Counted from the first letter of the whole stretch, positions 39,350 to 51,980 are shown. The stretch: 63,261 bases of DNA, filler included, from Globobulimina sp. (GCA_003354225.1; 34 parts of 34 records of this genome joined end to end with filler, not necessarily neighbours in it); one strand, 5' to 3'. A program made the numbers and translations. The notes: generated by a model from the letters alone, not told the origin.

Positions 39350-40033
39350 GGTGTTATTTTCATATTGCGAATATTTCATATATTAACATATGAAATGGTA
39401 TTGTTATCCCGATTGGTCCATGTCTTTGACGCAACCATTCATCAAATATCAAAATATTGTTTGTGTCTTGCATTCATTTGTATATTTGTTGGAAGTGCAA
39501 GCGCTGTTTCTTGTGTCATATATTATTTGATTATTAAACCTAATCTTAATACAACATCGTTAGCCTCAATTCTTGGTGGATTATTATTATTGGATGTAAT
39601 ATTTTCATTGATATTAACATTTACATTTGTATACAAATTATACAATGTAAATAAGGACAAATTATGCGGGTTATCAGCTAGCTTACAACATATACACAAA
39701 CGGGATATGGAAGACATTGTGTTGCATACTTTAACAAAGTATACTGTTTTAGCAATAATATCTACCACAACAACATTGCTTTGGATCATTGCAGATATAT
39801 TGTTTCTATCTGGATTTCTTTATAAAAATATGTATTTTGGAATATCATTAGTTGGACCTATTATGGATTTAGATTCATTGATTGATGTAATATGTATGTC
39901 TTTATCATATAAATTTTCAAAGACATATTATTTGAGGTGCTGCGGCAAAATTAATTCAAAATGTAGAGAAATATGTATTTATAAAACTGTAAATGAGCGT
40001 AATTCATCTCATTCCATTACTATAAAATGTTAA
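39350..40033 (+). CDS. Orphan GPCR-like multi-TM protein, 5' end unclear
   Basis: LLSRLVHVFDAT, FVYKLY, LTKYTVL, LDSLIDVICMSLSY..Y..CC; similar pattern to 60100-61249. Confidence 0.6.
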   Translation, partial: GVIFILRIFHILTYEMVLLSRLVHVFDATIHQISKYCLCLAFICIFVGSASAVSCVIYYLIIKPNLNTTSLASILGGLLLLDVIFSLILTFTFVYKLYNVNKDKLCGLSASLQHIHKRDMEDIVLHTLTKYTVLAIISTTTTLLWIIADILFLSGFLYKNMYFGISLVGPIMDLDSLIDVICMSLSYKFSKTYYLRCCGKINSKCREICIYKTVNERNSSHSITIKC

Positions 40034-40172
40034 ACGATTTGTTAATTATGTTTCTATGAAGGTTGCATATTTAATTTTCAATTCGTTGTTTGAAAACGTT
40101 CTGAACAGACTAGCTCATTCAGACAGGCTGTACATAAGAACTAGAGCTTACAAAAAACTTTTTTGTTACAAC

Positions 40173-40913
40173 ATGTCTAACCATTGTCTCGTTTGTGGCA
40201 ATCAGGTATTCCATCCAACCAAATTCTAACAATCAGCACCGAATATTACCATACACCCAGAATACAGGTAAAAAATATGTAATCAATAAACTCATAAAAA
40301 ACGTTCAATTCAATCCCATCAACAATAATCGTCATGACTGCATTTGGAAAATCATGAACAAATATTATGAATCCGATGTTACATTCACTATCATCAATTC
40401 ACTTGATTTAATCACACCAAATCAACCTGATTTTGATGAGGATATGCAACCCGAAAACAAAGAATCCCAAAGCAATCCAACCAAACTAGATTTATCTCAG
40501 TTCTCTGCAATTATTCTTGTATTAAATCTAAACCAATCACATGTTTCGTGCATATATATATTTTTTACATTTTCTATGATGTGTACTTATTTTACATTGC
40601 AGTCATTAATTGAGAAAAATATGCATTTATGGATCAATGCGTTGTCACCGTATGCATCATCATCAGAATGCAGTTTATTTATTGGTAATTATATTAATCC
40701 ATATTCATATTCATCAAATCCAATCAACCAAACAAAGCAAAAAGAATATCATCAATTTCTTCATAATTTCTGTATTGATAATTATTTTGAATTTGTCCCC
40801 TCTCCAAATGATAATGATAATGGTTTTTTTGGTCATAATTCACCACTATTTTCCTCCTATGATGCGATGGAATTATCTCATAACCGAATAAACAGTGCTT
40901 TGCAATGTGTGAT
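40173..40913 (+). CDS. AAGAB: Alpha/gamma-adaptin-binding protein p34 homologue, introns 40206-40260 and ~40542-40602
   Basis: LVCGNQ|NTGK, WKIMNKYYESDV, FCIDNYFEFV, RINSALQC. Confidence 0.75.
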
Positions 40914-41324
40914 NNNNNNNNNNNNNNNNNNNNNNNNNNNNNNNNNNNNNNNNNNNNTTAATTAATTAANNNNNNNNNNNNNNNNNNNNNNNNNNNNNNN
41001 NNNNNNNNNNNNNACTAGGCTGATTTGGGTTAAAGTTTTTGTAACGTTTTTAACTTTCCCATAATGAAATATCAATGACTGTGTTATTAAATCCAACAAA
41101 ACCGTGTTATTAAATTCATTGCTATGAATGATAAAGTTAGTGCTAACTATCAGAAAAAAGTTAAGAAACATATATAGTTTCATTGATTTGTATGGTAAAT
41201 ATTGTTATAATTGGCAAAATTGTTGTCTTTTTTCTTATATTCCAACATGTTGGATACAAACCAATCGACAATCCAAAATATTAGAAACACAACAAACAAA
41301 AAATGTTTTGTATACAAATACACA

Positions 41325-42776
41325 GAGCATAAAAATTGTTGTCGACAACATCAACGCTGATAATGATCTGAATAACTCATCAGCATCAACCTCTACATCT
41401 AATCACAACCCATGGCTGAATTCGCACTATTCAATAAGCGACACCTCGCCACCAATCATGGTGATTATGAATGATCATTATGGTGCCTGTAGCCCTGCTT
41501 CTGTGCATGTTCCCGCTCCAAGAATAACAAAAAACAATTCTATCAATGACGAAAACGAAAGTGATATTGAAGTCGATGATGATTTACAGCAACTTTTATC
41601 ATATCCACCCAAGTTTGCATTAAAAGTGAATATGAAATCAGCCAATATATCACCGGCATTATCCTCCCATACAATGAGTCGCAAAAATACTCCACGTCCA
41701 CTCTTTAAAAACACAAACAGCGATACACAGACTATCAACACCAACAACAAACATAAAAATGGCCGCAAATCTAAAAATATGTCAGGGAAAAGGCACATGT
41801 CTTCGCCTATTATCACCAATACAGATATCAATATCCCTCGCACACCAATCCCATTGATACCACCAAATATCAACATATTAACCGAACACAATGACAGTGA
41901 CAGCTCATTTGATAATTTCCCAGAAACACATCCAAATCGCTCCAAATCATCATCACTGACAAAGAATACTACGAAGAGCAACAAGAAAAACAGAAACAAA
42001 CATATCAACGCGCCAAAAACAGTTTGCTTGAAAAATCTGAAAAACATAAATATAGCCAGTCCGATTAGCAATAATGACTTCTTATCTCCAATCCCAACCT
42101 TTAACAATGAAATGAGCACAATGCCATATAAAATGAATTCATATCATACCTATAATACATACCAAACTATGGAGAGCTCGTTGTTGGACCACGAAGACGA
42201 ATATGATCCGCCCAGACCTTCATTGCCTGTCCCAAACAATATAAAAATAAAAGACACGGTCTCATCGCCCATTGTCTGTAGCATGGTACAAGAGGACGAT
42301 AAATCTAATCAGTCCTTCAATTGCATGAATGAGATTATGTACAATTCAGATTATAATTGCGACCACCATTTACGTAATAAATCAAGAAGTGTCAATATGG
42401 AATCTCAGGATTTATGGGAACACAATGATTCTATATCGACCATCACCGAATTGGCCCCATCGCAATATCTGTCGGCGCCAAACACGAAAAAACGCAGGAA
42501 TGCAAATACATATTTTAGCTCTGGTGCCAACACTATGGATTCGCAAGCAATCATAAACGAGGAATACAATGAAATCAAGAATGAAAAACCGAATTTAAAA
42601 TTAAATAATTATTCCAGCAATGAAACGTCAGACACAAATAACACAGAAACGACTTTGATTCCAATCAAACCTTTGCTAGTTTCATCCCCTCAGAGCCCAG
42701 AGGCCAAACGTTATAATACGTTAAGTGTCCCGTTTCAAGCAAAGCACCGATTGGGTATTTGGCTATATCAGTTTTG
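41325..42776 (+). CDS. Low-complexity N/S/P-rich disordered protein region, partial
   Basis: Long stop-free frame with no recognisable domain. Confidence 0.55.
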
Positions 42777-42876
42777 NNNNNNNNNNNNNNNNNNNNNNNN
42801 NNNNNNNNNNNNNNNNNNNNTTAATTAATTAANNNNNNNNNNNNNNNNNNNNNNNNNNNNNNNNNNNNNNNNNNNN

Positions 42877-44352
42877 ATTGATTTAAGTGGTGGTGATGCG
42901 ACAATTGCTATCTCTGCGGGCAATAAAATTGTATCATTGAGTGCCGTATTAAAAGATATTCAAATCAAAGGCACAGTGCGTTTGACATTCGCTGGTTTGT
43001 GCGCAGATTGGCCGTTATTTAATACAATTCGGGTCGCATTTATTGAGAAACCGGACATAAAATATAAATTAAAAGCCGGTAAAGTACCGCTAAACAATAT
43101 ACCTGGATTCGTGCCCTGGTTAACAGATATTATACACAATTCATTGTCAGAGTCTCTAATTTGGCCAAATGCATACGAGAGAGTTATACATTGCAACAAC
43201 AATTACATTAAGCAACAGCCACAGCCGCAGCCGCAGCCAACCGGCGTATTAACGGTACGAATAATCGAAGCAAAGAATTTGCAAAATAAAGAATTATTTG
43301 GCAAATCTGATCCAATGGCGACTGTCTGGATAAATAGACCAAAGTTAAATACCCGCAAAATAACATCTACACTGAACCCGACATGGGATGAAATCTTTGA
43401 ATTTACCATCTTTGAGAAATGTGCAGGTACGGAACAGCTGCATGTATCCATTGCAAATTGTAACTTTTCGCGCAAAAATGATCATTTAGGCGATGTTACC
43501 ATTGGTTTAAATCATTTAGCCGCTGCCGATAACGATAAAATTAATATTACACACACCAATTGGTACAAATTAAACAATTCGCGCAATGGCTCGATTCATA
43601 TCGAATTATATTATACGCCATTTATTAAAAAAAACATAATTTCATCTGAAGCCGAAGCCGAAGCACAATCACAATCACAAGCCGCCAGTGTTAATCTTGC
43701 AATTGAAGGCGAGCTCGACGATGAAAGCAGCGAATCTTCCAAATCCCCCAAAAGTGAACAAATATTTTATCGTCAAAGCTCAAAAGCAGCCATACGCAAA
43801 TTGCACAGAATACGCAATTGCAATGTTCCACAGTTTAATAACTATACAAAACGACACAAACTGGTCAAAACATTGAAAACCATATCATCGATGGGGCAGA
43901 GTATGCGCGGTTCGCCGGAGTTTGACCGCACGCGCACATTCGACGCGATATTGCGGATTAATGTTATTTCCGCCAGAAACCTAAAAGGGATGAATCGAGA
44001 CGGCACATCCGATCCGTTTGTCATATTAAACATTGGCGAGAAAAAATTGAAAACCACCATTAAAAAAAAAACGAATCAGCCAATCTGGAATGAAACTTTT
44101 CAAATCAAAGTACAAGCGGATCAAATACAAACCGGCATTTTATATCTGACGGTCAAAGACCATGACAAATGGACAAAAAATGCCAGTATTGGCACTGTAC
44201 AGTTCAATATTGCACACATTATGAGTGCCGATGGCGCCATCAATCAAGAATACAAACTACAACATACCACCACTGGCACTATTCAGGTTGAAATCGAGTT
44301 ATTGTCCGTCTATTCACAAGCAATTATTCAGAGAAAAAGTAAGCAAACTTAA
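42877..44352 (+). CDS. Extended synaptotagmin/tricalbin-like protein (SMP + two C2 domains), 5'-partial
   Basis: SMP end IPGFVPWLTDII..SL...LIWP; C2 motifs GKSDP, TLNPTWDEIF, GTSDPFV, PIWNETF. Confidence 0.88.
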   Translation: MDLSGGDATIAISAGNKIVSLSAVLKDIQIKGTVRLTFAGLCADWPLFNTIRVAFIEKPDIKYKLKAGKVPLNNIPGFVPWLTDIIHNSLSESLIWPNAYERVIHCNNNYIKQQPQPQPQPTGVLTVRIIEAKNLQNKELFGKSDPMATVWINRPKLNTRKITSTLNPTWDEIFEFTIFEKCAGTEQLHVSIANCNFSRKNDHLGDVTIGLNHLAAADNDKINITHTNWYKLNNSRNGSIHIELYYTPFIKKNIISSEAEAEAQSQSQAASVNLAIEGELDDESSESSKSPKSEQIFYRQSSKAAIRKLHRIRNCNVPQFNNYTKRHKLVKTLKTISSMGQSMRGSPEFDRTRTFDAILRINVISARNLKGMNRDGTSDPFVILNIGEKKLKTTIKKKTNQPIWNETFQIKVQADQIQTGILYLTVKDHDKWTKNASIGTVQFNIAHIMSADGAINQEYKLQHTTTGTIQVEIELLSVYSQAIIQRKSKQT

Positions 44353-44832
44353 CTTTTTGAAGATATGTAGCTTGTGAGCACCAGAAATATTCGTCATTAT
44401 ATTTCTTTTTTTTTGGTGTTTTATTTTCATTATCTTTTGCGATATCTGGTAATTTTTGCCTCCACCGAATTAAACACCAAATTGTATCTTCTAACAACAA
44501 TCGCGTAGAAACTGCTAAATCTACAAAATCCGCTTTGGTGATATCATAATGCCAATTTTCTTGTATACATTGAATGGAATGATTCAATTTCTCGTTCAAT
44601 TTCTCAATATGTGCATTCTTTGCGATTTGCGAGTTATCANNNNNNNNNNNNNNNNNNNNNNNNNNNNNNNNNNNNNNNNNNNNTTAATTAATTAANNNNN
44701 NNNNNNNNNNNNNNNNNNNNNNNNNNNNNNNNNNNNNNNGGTATATATATTTATATTGTACGCCATATAATATATTATCTGAGACGAAACACATAAATCA
44801 CCTTCGTAGATAACGAGATATTCTTCAATGCA

Positions 44833-45323
44833 ATGAAAACATATCTCATAAGTGCAGAATTTAGTGCTGATTTAATCGGTTAAGTTTGTCACTGTTTCAG
44901 TTGTGCTGTGCCAGGATATGTGTAATTGTATATAATGTTTCTCTGTTTTTGTTTTAAGATGAAATGGAAAACGAAAATGCAGAATTGGAGATAGATGATG
45001 TAGTACAGATTGATATGATCGATACACATGGCGATGAGGATAGTAAGTGGTATGATGAATGGTTAGATTTTGCGTCATATACATATTTCCAATGGATAGT
45101 ATGTGGCTGCATTTTATTAGCAATATTTATTGGATGTTTTTGTCTTATTTATTGTTGTGTGTGTCGAGCATCAGAGTCAACGGATCCATATTCTAATGTC
45201 GATTTTAATGATTTACAAATGGTTGGAGGTAAGTCCATTACACCAAGTGCTCGAACACCAAATTCCCATTCTGGTGATAGAGCTAAAATTAGTAATTCTG
45301 ACGTTAATTGGGTTGAATGTTGA
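44833..45323 (+). CDS. Small single-pass membrane protein, probably spliced
   Basis: Acidic ectodomain and a TM helix ending in CC. Confidence 0.5.
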
Positions 45324-45490
45324 AATTTAGTGCGTGTTAGATTTTAGACTTTTCTTTTTTAACTATTAATTGTTACATAGTGATCTAGTGTTAGCATAAA
45401 GTAATTTATCAGTTAAGTTAGTTTGAAAATCCGCTTAAATATAAAATTTAAAAAATTAGGTTCCCCGCACACACCACACCAAAAAGTCAT

Positions 45491-46502
45491 TCATTCACTA
45501 TCAATTTTATTATGTTTATAATTTTCTTTCTCATTCTTATCATAATTTGGCAGTTTACAATCATAAGTTTGTGTTTCTCGACAAACCAGCTTTGCTTTAA
45601 ATTGATTTGTTTTTGCAATATGATATTCAAAACAAAGCTGTTCGAATTTCCTTGCTTTGGCTTTAGAAGGTCGTAAATTTTTTATTTCTTCATCTTGTCG
45701 ATTTATTTTATTCTTCAAATCATCGCAATGTTTTTTCCACTCATTCACAGCAGTTTGAAACTGCTCTTCTCTCTGTTTCATTCGCGATAACTTCTTTTCC
45801 AATGCGAGTTGATTAGTTTTTTGCATTTCAATATTTTGGTTTTGAATTGAAAGCACATTTTTGGCTTTTTCATATTTCTTTTCATAGGTTTTGTCATCTC
45901 GATCCCCAAAGGAATCATCTTTCAATTTCTCGTTTTGCAGTGTTAGTTGTTGCAATTTATTCATTGTATTTTTTAAATTGGCATTCATTTTATCGAATTT
46001 CTCCGTTTTTCGCTGTAATTCGGCATCACATTTCTCATATTTTGCAATTAATTGATTGTATTCCATTTCGATCTTGTTAAAAATCACATTTTCTTCTTTT
46101 TTCAATTTATTTATTTCTTCAAACTCCTTCTCCAAATCAGATAAATTTTGTTTAGTCTCGGTCAAATCGCATATTTTCTTATTTAATTTGAAATTTAAGT
46201 CTTTTTGCTCTTTTTCAAATTCAATGTGCAGATCTTCGATGTTGTCGTTTAAATTTAATATCTCATTCTCACGCTCGTCCAAATCAGACACGACAGTCTT
46301 ATTTTTTTTTTTTAATATTTCACACTTTTTCTTCAACTCTTCACTGTTCGCACTAAGTATTTCCAATTTATTTCTGTAATCATTCATCGCTGATTTTAAC
46401 TCATTCGTTTTATTATCCATATTATTTTTGGTGGTCGCAATTTCATTTTCATATTCCAAGTTTTTATTGGCTAAAAACGTATTTTTTTTTTTGATTTCCG
46501 AC
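45491..46502 (-). CDS. Long coiled-coil protein, C-terminal part
   Basis: Continuous K/E/N-rich heptads. Confidence 0.6.
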
Positions 46503-46704
46503 NNNNNNNNNNNNNNNNNNNNNNNNNNNNNNNNNNNNNNNNNNNNTTAATTAATTAANNNNNNNNNNNNNNNNNNNNNNNNNNNNNNNNNNNNNNNNNN
46601 NNATTGAGTTGCGTTATTAATCGCATTAAATATAATTTGTGAGATTTGACTTTCTGACAAAGTATCAAGAATATTATCATTTTGATACTCTGACAAAAAC
46701 TCAC

Positions 46705-46952
46705 CAAATCCGCTTGAAATATAAACGCGCCTCTTAGCAATGCCACCACTACTAAATCTTTGCCCAAATAATCCTTAGATATCTGTGCTCCTAAACGCGC
46801 AACAGCGCCGCTAATATCTTCCGCTGAAAATAAGACTTTCGTTAAATTTGTCAAATATGATGAATCCGGAAATGTTTGTCTGCGAATTAAAGATTAATAT
46901 CTGTGTCAATCGACTATTATTATTATACATTTACATACTTTGATGTTGACAT
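46705..46952 (-). CDS. HPRT: Hypoxanthine-guanine phosphoribosyltransferase, first exons
   Basis: KVLFSAEDI...VARLGAQISKDY.GKDLVVVALLRGAFIFQADL. Confidence 0.88.
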
Positions 46953-47064
46953 ATTTATCTGTAATTTGGTAGCTGTCGGAATGACGGAATGATGTTTTAA
47001 TGTTTTTTGTTGGAAGTTTGGATTATTCTGAGTAAAAAAACTTCATTATTTATTCATTTAAATC

Positions 47065-48365
47065 ATGTTCAACTGGTTTGGCAAAGATAAAAACGATACA
47101 AAAGAGTCTAACAATAACAATAATTTACAACAATCTATCTTCGAACACAATGAAAATGACATCAAAGAATCGCCAACAGAAAACAATGTCATACCAACAA
47201 TAGACAATTACCCATTACATGCATCCGTACTATTAAAAGATGAAAAATCTCTCGCAAAACATATCATAAATTTACCCTCATTTGATCCCTTATTACCGGA
47301 CAAAACCAGACCTATAAACGCAAGGGATCATCATGGACATACTGCGCTACATTTGGCTGTATTTATATCCTGGGAACTTGGCATCGATATCTTGCTAAAA
47401 GCTGGCGCATCATCTACAGTACGAAGGTATGTCCAATTCCTTATTACTATTTTAATACATTATCCTCGCACTAATTAAACGTGACCACCACAGTCGATCC
47501 GGTTGGAGTGCAGTACAAGAATGCATTTCGACGTCGCAGCGGCATTTATTAAAGAAAGTATTCATCCGCAACATGCAGGAAGTTCGTGAAGGATTAGCGT
47601 TACGTTCGCCAATCATTCGACAAAAGCTGTGTGAAAAGGATGATTTTTACGTGGAAATTGACTGGAAATTCAGCTCATGGATCCCTTTCGTGTCACGGTT
47701 CTGTCCTTGCGACACGTTCAAAATTTGGAAAAGAGGCAGCGACTTCCGGCTGGATATGACTTTGGTTGATTTTGAATCGTTTTCGTGGAAACGTGGCCAT
47801 ATTTCGCTCATATTCATCATGAACAAAAAGACGGACAAAGCTGAATTTTATGTGTTGAATCACGATGATAAAACGAAGCAAGTTACCAACAAACAAAAGG
47901 AGTTGGAAGAGAGTAAAAATGAGTGTGAAATCAATGATAATATTGAGCAGTTATTGCAGTCTGAGTTGGTATGTCCGGAGGTGCTGAGCCATAAAATTGA
48001 GATTGAAAAAGCAAAGACATGGTTGGGCTACGAAAAACAAATAGAAATCAATGGACAGAAATGCATTTTATACGAGTTGAAGAACTTAATTGTTTTGGCA
48101 AATAAGCGCGACTCGCACGTTCCGGCAGAGGTGAAGGAGCAGAGAGCTTTAACTAAACAGTTATTCAAATCCAAAGTGGAAGCTTCCAAAAAGGGGGAAC
48201 AGGTTTGAATTATTTGTAGTTTGTACATAGCATTAATTTAATAGTTATTCCTTTTTTGTCGCAGTTTGATTTTGAAGTTGAGGCCATTGATGGAATGGAT
48301 AATTGGGAATGTTGCAAATGTGGACATTGGAATGCCGCAAATTTTGTGATTTGTGAGCAGTGTTT
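47065..48365 (+). CDS. ANKRD13: ANKRD13-family protein, spliced, 3'-partial, with an inserted NZF-type zinc finger
   Basis: YPLH, D.HGHTALHLAV, GWSAVQE, DFYVEIDWKFSSWIPFVSRFCPCDTFKIWKRGSDFRLDMTLVDF. Confidence 0.88.
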
Positions 48366-48474
48366 NNNNNNNNNNNNNNNNNNNNNNNNNNNNNNNNNNN
48401 NNNNNNNNNTTAATTAATTAANNNNNNNNNNNNNNNNNNNNNNNNNNNNNNNNNNNNNNNNNNNNTTGTTTTGA

Positions 48475-48567
48475 AATAATTACTAAATAGTTTCTAAATA
48501 GTAACTAATTAGTTGCATTTTCGTTTTTGGATACTAAATAGTTACTAAATAGTTACGTGGTAACTAA
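48475..48567. repeat. 12-bp minisatellite (TACTAAATAGT variants)
   Basis: About six degenerate copies at the contig start. Confidence 0.7.
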
Positions 48568-48646
48568 TCAGATTGCCCAGCCTCGACTAACCGATCATCA
48601 TTTCCAAAACTTTACTCTAATTTTAATTTTTAAAAACATAAACGAG

Positions 48647-49531
48647 ATGTTTAGGAAAGCGTCAGGTGTGATTGTAAATATGTTAATATTGAGCGACTAT
48701 CTACTCTGTTTGCTACAGCTTTGTTTGAACATAAAGAAGAGACATTTGTAATTCCAGACAAAGCCGCAATTTGCAAAGTATGTTGCATATTATTGGGTAC
48801 TTGACAAGAAACATATTATTGTATAGCATGGTTATATGGCAAAGAGAGGGAATTTGAACAAAAGTTGGAAGAAGAGATGGTGTGTGTTGGACGAAAATAA
48901 TACACTGCTATATTATGAGCATCCGGAAAATACGAATCAAACAGCTCTCGGTCAATTTAGTTTATACAATGTATTTGAATTGAAAACAGAGGACGAGAAT
49001 GCGAAAGAAAACATATTTCAGCTGGTTACTGCAAAACGAACATTCACTTTCAAATGTTTTAATACATTTCAATACAAAGCATGGATAAATATAATAACAA
49101 TAAAATTAAATCCCATCACCATATATGAAGGGTGGGCGGAAAAGCGAGGAGAACTCCATCAAAGTTGGAAAAAGAGATATTTTGTGTTTATAAAATATAA
49201 AAAAAATGATGCAATCTACGAATTAAGATATTATGAAAACGATACATTAAAAAAATTCAAAGGAGTTATTGAATGTAAATGGATCGTTCAAATTGATACT
49301 CTTTTACCAAAGCAATCGGTACAGAAATATGGAAAGGGTAAAGATAAAATATTGGAGATAATAACACCCAAACGAACATACACTATGAATTTTAAAACTG
49401 GAGATATCCGGAATAAATGGAAGGAAGTCCTCACAAATAATACATATTGTATACAGAAGGAAGTTCTTAATGATAAAAATAATAATCAAAACGAGGAGGT
49501 TAAAGACGAATTTTCAGATGAGGATGATTGA
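48647..49531 (+). CDS. Tandem PH-domain protein (two short 5' introns)
   Basis: GYMAKRG...SWKKRWCVL and EGWAEKRG...SWKKRYFVF, each domain ending in a W-containing helix. Confidence 0.88.
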
Positions 49532-49705
49532 AAAATCAATTTGTGTGTACGTGCGTGTACATATTTATTTTATGTGGAATGCCGTGTTATTTGTCATTTG
49601 TGGTAAATAACATAATCATTTGTTTGAGGATCTTGTTTTAATCCAAATGATGAATGAAACGCAACATCGTCGACCAATTCACATTGTTTCTGTGCAATAC
49701 AATAA

Positions 49706-50228
49706 TTAAAAACAGCAATCTGATACACAAACAAAATTACAGTTCTCTTCCTTTCTCTTTGTTTCATCAAATATCTGTTTCATTCGACCTAGCAAGTTCA
49801 TCATAGTACGTTTATTTGAAGCAATGATTCCTGGATTCAAATTTATTCCATTTTCCGATAACACCCAATTCCTAGTTTTGTCCATGTAATGTTTATCAAA
49901 ACAAACCTCCATTCTGCCAAACATATGATTCTCCCATCGCCAATATAAAGTTTCATTATCTTTCTTATCCATTTCTGATCCAACATATATTTTATTGTTT
50001 TCATTCAAATTCTTATTTTGCAAATATACCAATGGGTCTTTACCAAATTTAACATCCCGTAAATCTGTCAAAATAACAGTTTCATATTCATTTATATAAA
50101 CGGTTTTAGTTGCAAGAATACTGGAATCAGTTTCTATGGCCTCCTGTATAGGAGCTACGGCAGATCTGACCCCAGAGACAAACCCTAATATTCGTTGGCA
50201 AACCACGTGGTACCCACTAGACTGTCTC
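49706..50228 (-). CDS. Putative glycosyltransferase-like fragment
   Basis: VILTDLRDVKF..DP (DxxD) and LNPGIIA motifs. Confidence 0.5.
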
Positions 50229-50376
50229 NNNNNNNNNNNNNNNNNNNNNNNNNNNNNNNNNNNNNNNNNNNNTTAATTAATTAANNNNNNNNNNNNNNNN
50301 NNNNNNNNNNNNNNNNNNNNNNNNNNNNTACTAAGATTGTAGTCTGAATGATTGAGTTTTTTAACTTTTAAGACAT

Positions 50377-51480
50377 TCAATTATTGTCATAAAAGTACAC
50401 ACAAAGAATATAAAGAGTAAAAACAAAAGAAAGAGTTGACGTCAAAACAAAATAATTAAATGATATATTGTTGTTACTATCATCAACTGAAATCCATTCC
50501 ATTCTACCAGATCTAGAATATAATTTGGTTGGCGAATTGGATCTTGTTTTTACAGACGTTCTTGATGAAATCTGTGTTGGTTTAGATGTTGGAATTCCAA
50601 TCAGGAATGCTGCTTTATCCTGTTTTAGTTGGTGTTGGTTACGAGCCATATTCAGTTCATTGGAAACATAGCCATCATATTCAATTCTATACTTCTTTGT
50701 ATATTGATCAACATTCATAGCCTCATTCACTTGAATCAAATTATTTCCTTTATCTCCATCATTATCCACAACAATCATCGACGTCCATTGTGTAACAAAT
50801 TCATATTTTAAACCTAATTCAGTTGCTCAACTATAAATAACATGCGTAAGGCTTACGGGATCTGCATTGAGTGAGGGATCTTGCATCTTTTTTTTTAGTA
50901 AGGAACTAGCATCTTTTTTGAAACATCAAGGGATCTGAAGGATCTGGCTTACGAGTCAAAGTGATTTTTGGCCGCATTTTATTTATAGTTGCAGTTGCTT
51001 GTGGATTAATTTCCTTTTTTAATTTATTATTATTATCACCTAATTTAATTAAACGATCTCTGAATGATAATAATCGCATATAGGCCCACGTTCTTTCGAT
51101 TTTGTCATAGTTAAAAGTGTCATTATTATCACCATTTAAACTCAACGTTGTATTAAAAATAACATTATTTCCAGCATAGTTTGTAGCATTTACATTTATT
51201 GAGAATGTAATATCCTTCCATGAAGCATTGATTTTGCCGCAAATCAATATATCTGTTCCTTGATATAACGAACTAAAATAATTGTTTGTAAGCTGTTCAG
51301 TAAATGGAGAATAGGTTATATTTATCGATGATAACAGTGTTGATTTTAATATTTGATAATATTCATTTAAACTATTTTGAGTTGCTGACTTTTTAATTCT
51401 TGCGTCAAATCCGCCATTTTGTAATGATAATGAACGAATAAATGGATAATTTAAGTCATTCAACCATGAGCTTCCAAAAT
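50377..51480 (-). pseudogene. VIT/VWA (inter-alpha-trypsin inhibitor-like) gene C-terminus interrupted by a MITE
   Basis: FIRSLSLQNGG, YQGTDILICGK, IERTWAY, ELGLKYEFVTQWTSMIVV; frame is restored when the insertion is removed. Confidence 0.8.
50828..50991. mobile_element. 164-bp hAT-like MITE
   Basis: 19-bp TIRs CAACTATAAATAAMATGCG (1 mismatch); exact 8-bp TSD CAGTTGCT at 50820-50827 and 50992-50999; four internal GGGATCT motifs. Confidence 0.92.
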
Positions 51481-51916
51481 CTTCACATGGAACTTGTTTG
51501 AGATTTTGTCAGTATAGATGACTAATCGCCAAAATCAAAATGCTTGTAACTTCCGCAATACTGATGCTATCCAAATGCTATGGGGTGCAAAATGTATGGA
51601 ATTGAATTCTGCATCTTTTCTGCTAAAAATTTTTTGTCGCGGAGGTTTCAAAAAAATCAACATTTGCCATTTCTACCTCCACTATACCTCCAGTTTTTTT
51701 CGAAAATTGCTACCATAAATGCTACCATAAAAAAATATTGTATGTACCAAATATATTGAATGTTTAATATGTTGAATCTAAAGATATGTTTTGTCGATTT
51801 CTGTATTCAAAATGAAAAGTTGTGATGTTTATCACCTTATTCACAGCTATAAAACATACACAACCGAAACACAAACAAAAAATTATAGTTTTTTTAAATT
51901 ATGATGAAAAAAAAAA

Positions 51917-51980
51917 TGTGATGATGGGATTTGAACCCAAATCTTCTTTAATTAGATGCTCTCATTGAGCTGTCATCACA
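51917..51980 (-). ncRNA. tRNA-like element (atypical tRNA, pseudogene or SINE head)
   Basis: TGTGATGA/TCATCACA acceptor stem, GCTC/GAGC D stem, TGGG-TTCAAAT-CCCA T arm, T10 immediately downstream. Confidence 0.7.

Noticed and set aside
50828..50991. MITE acting as an introner
   Set aside because: The GC/AG combinations tested at its ends give stop codons rather than an in-frame product.
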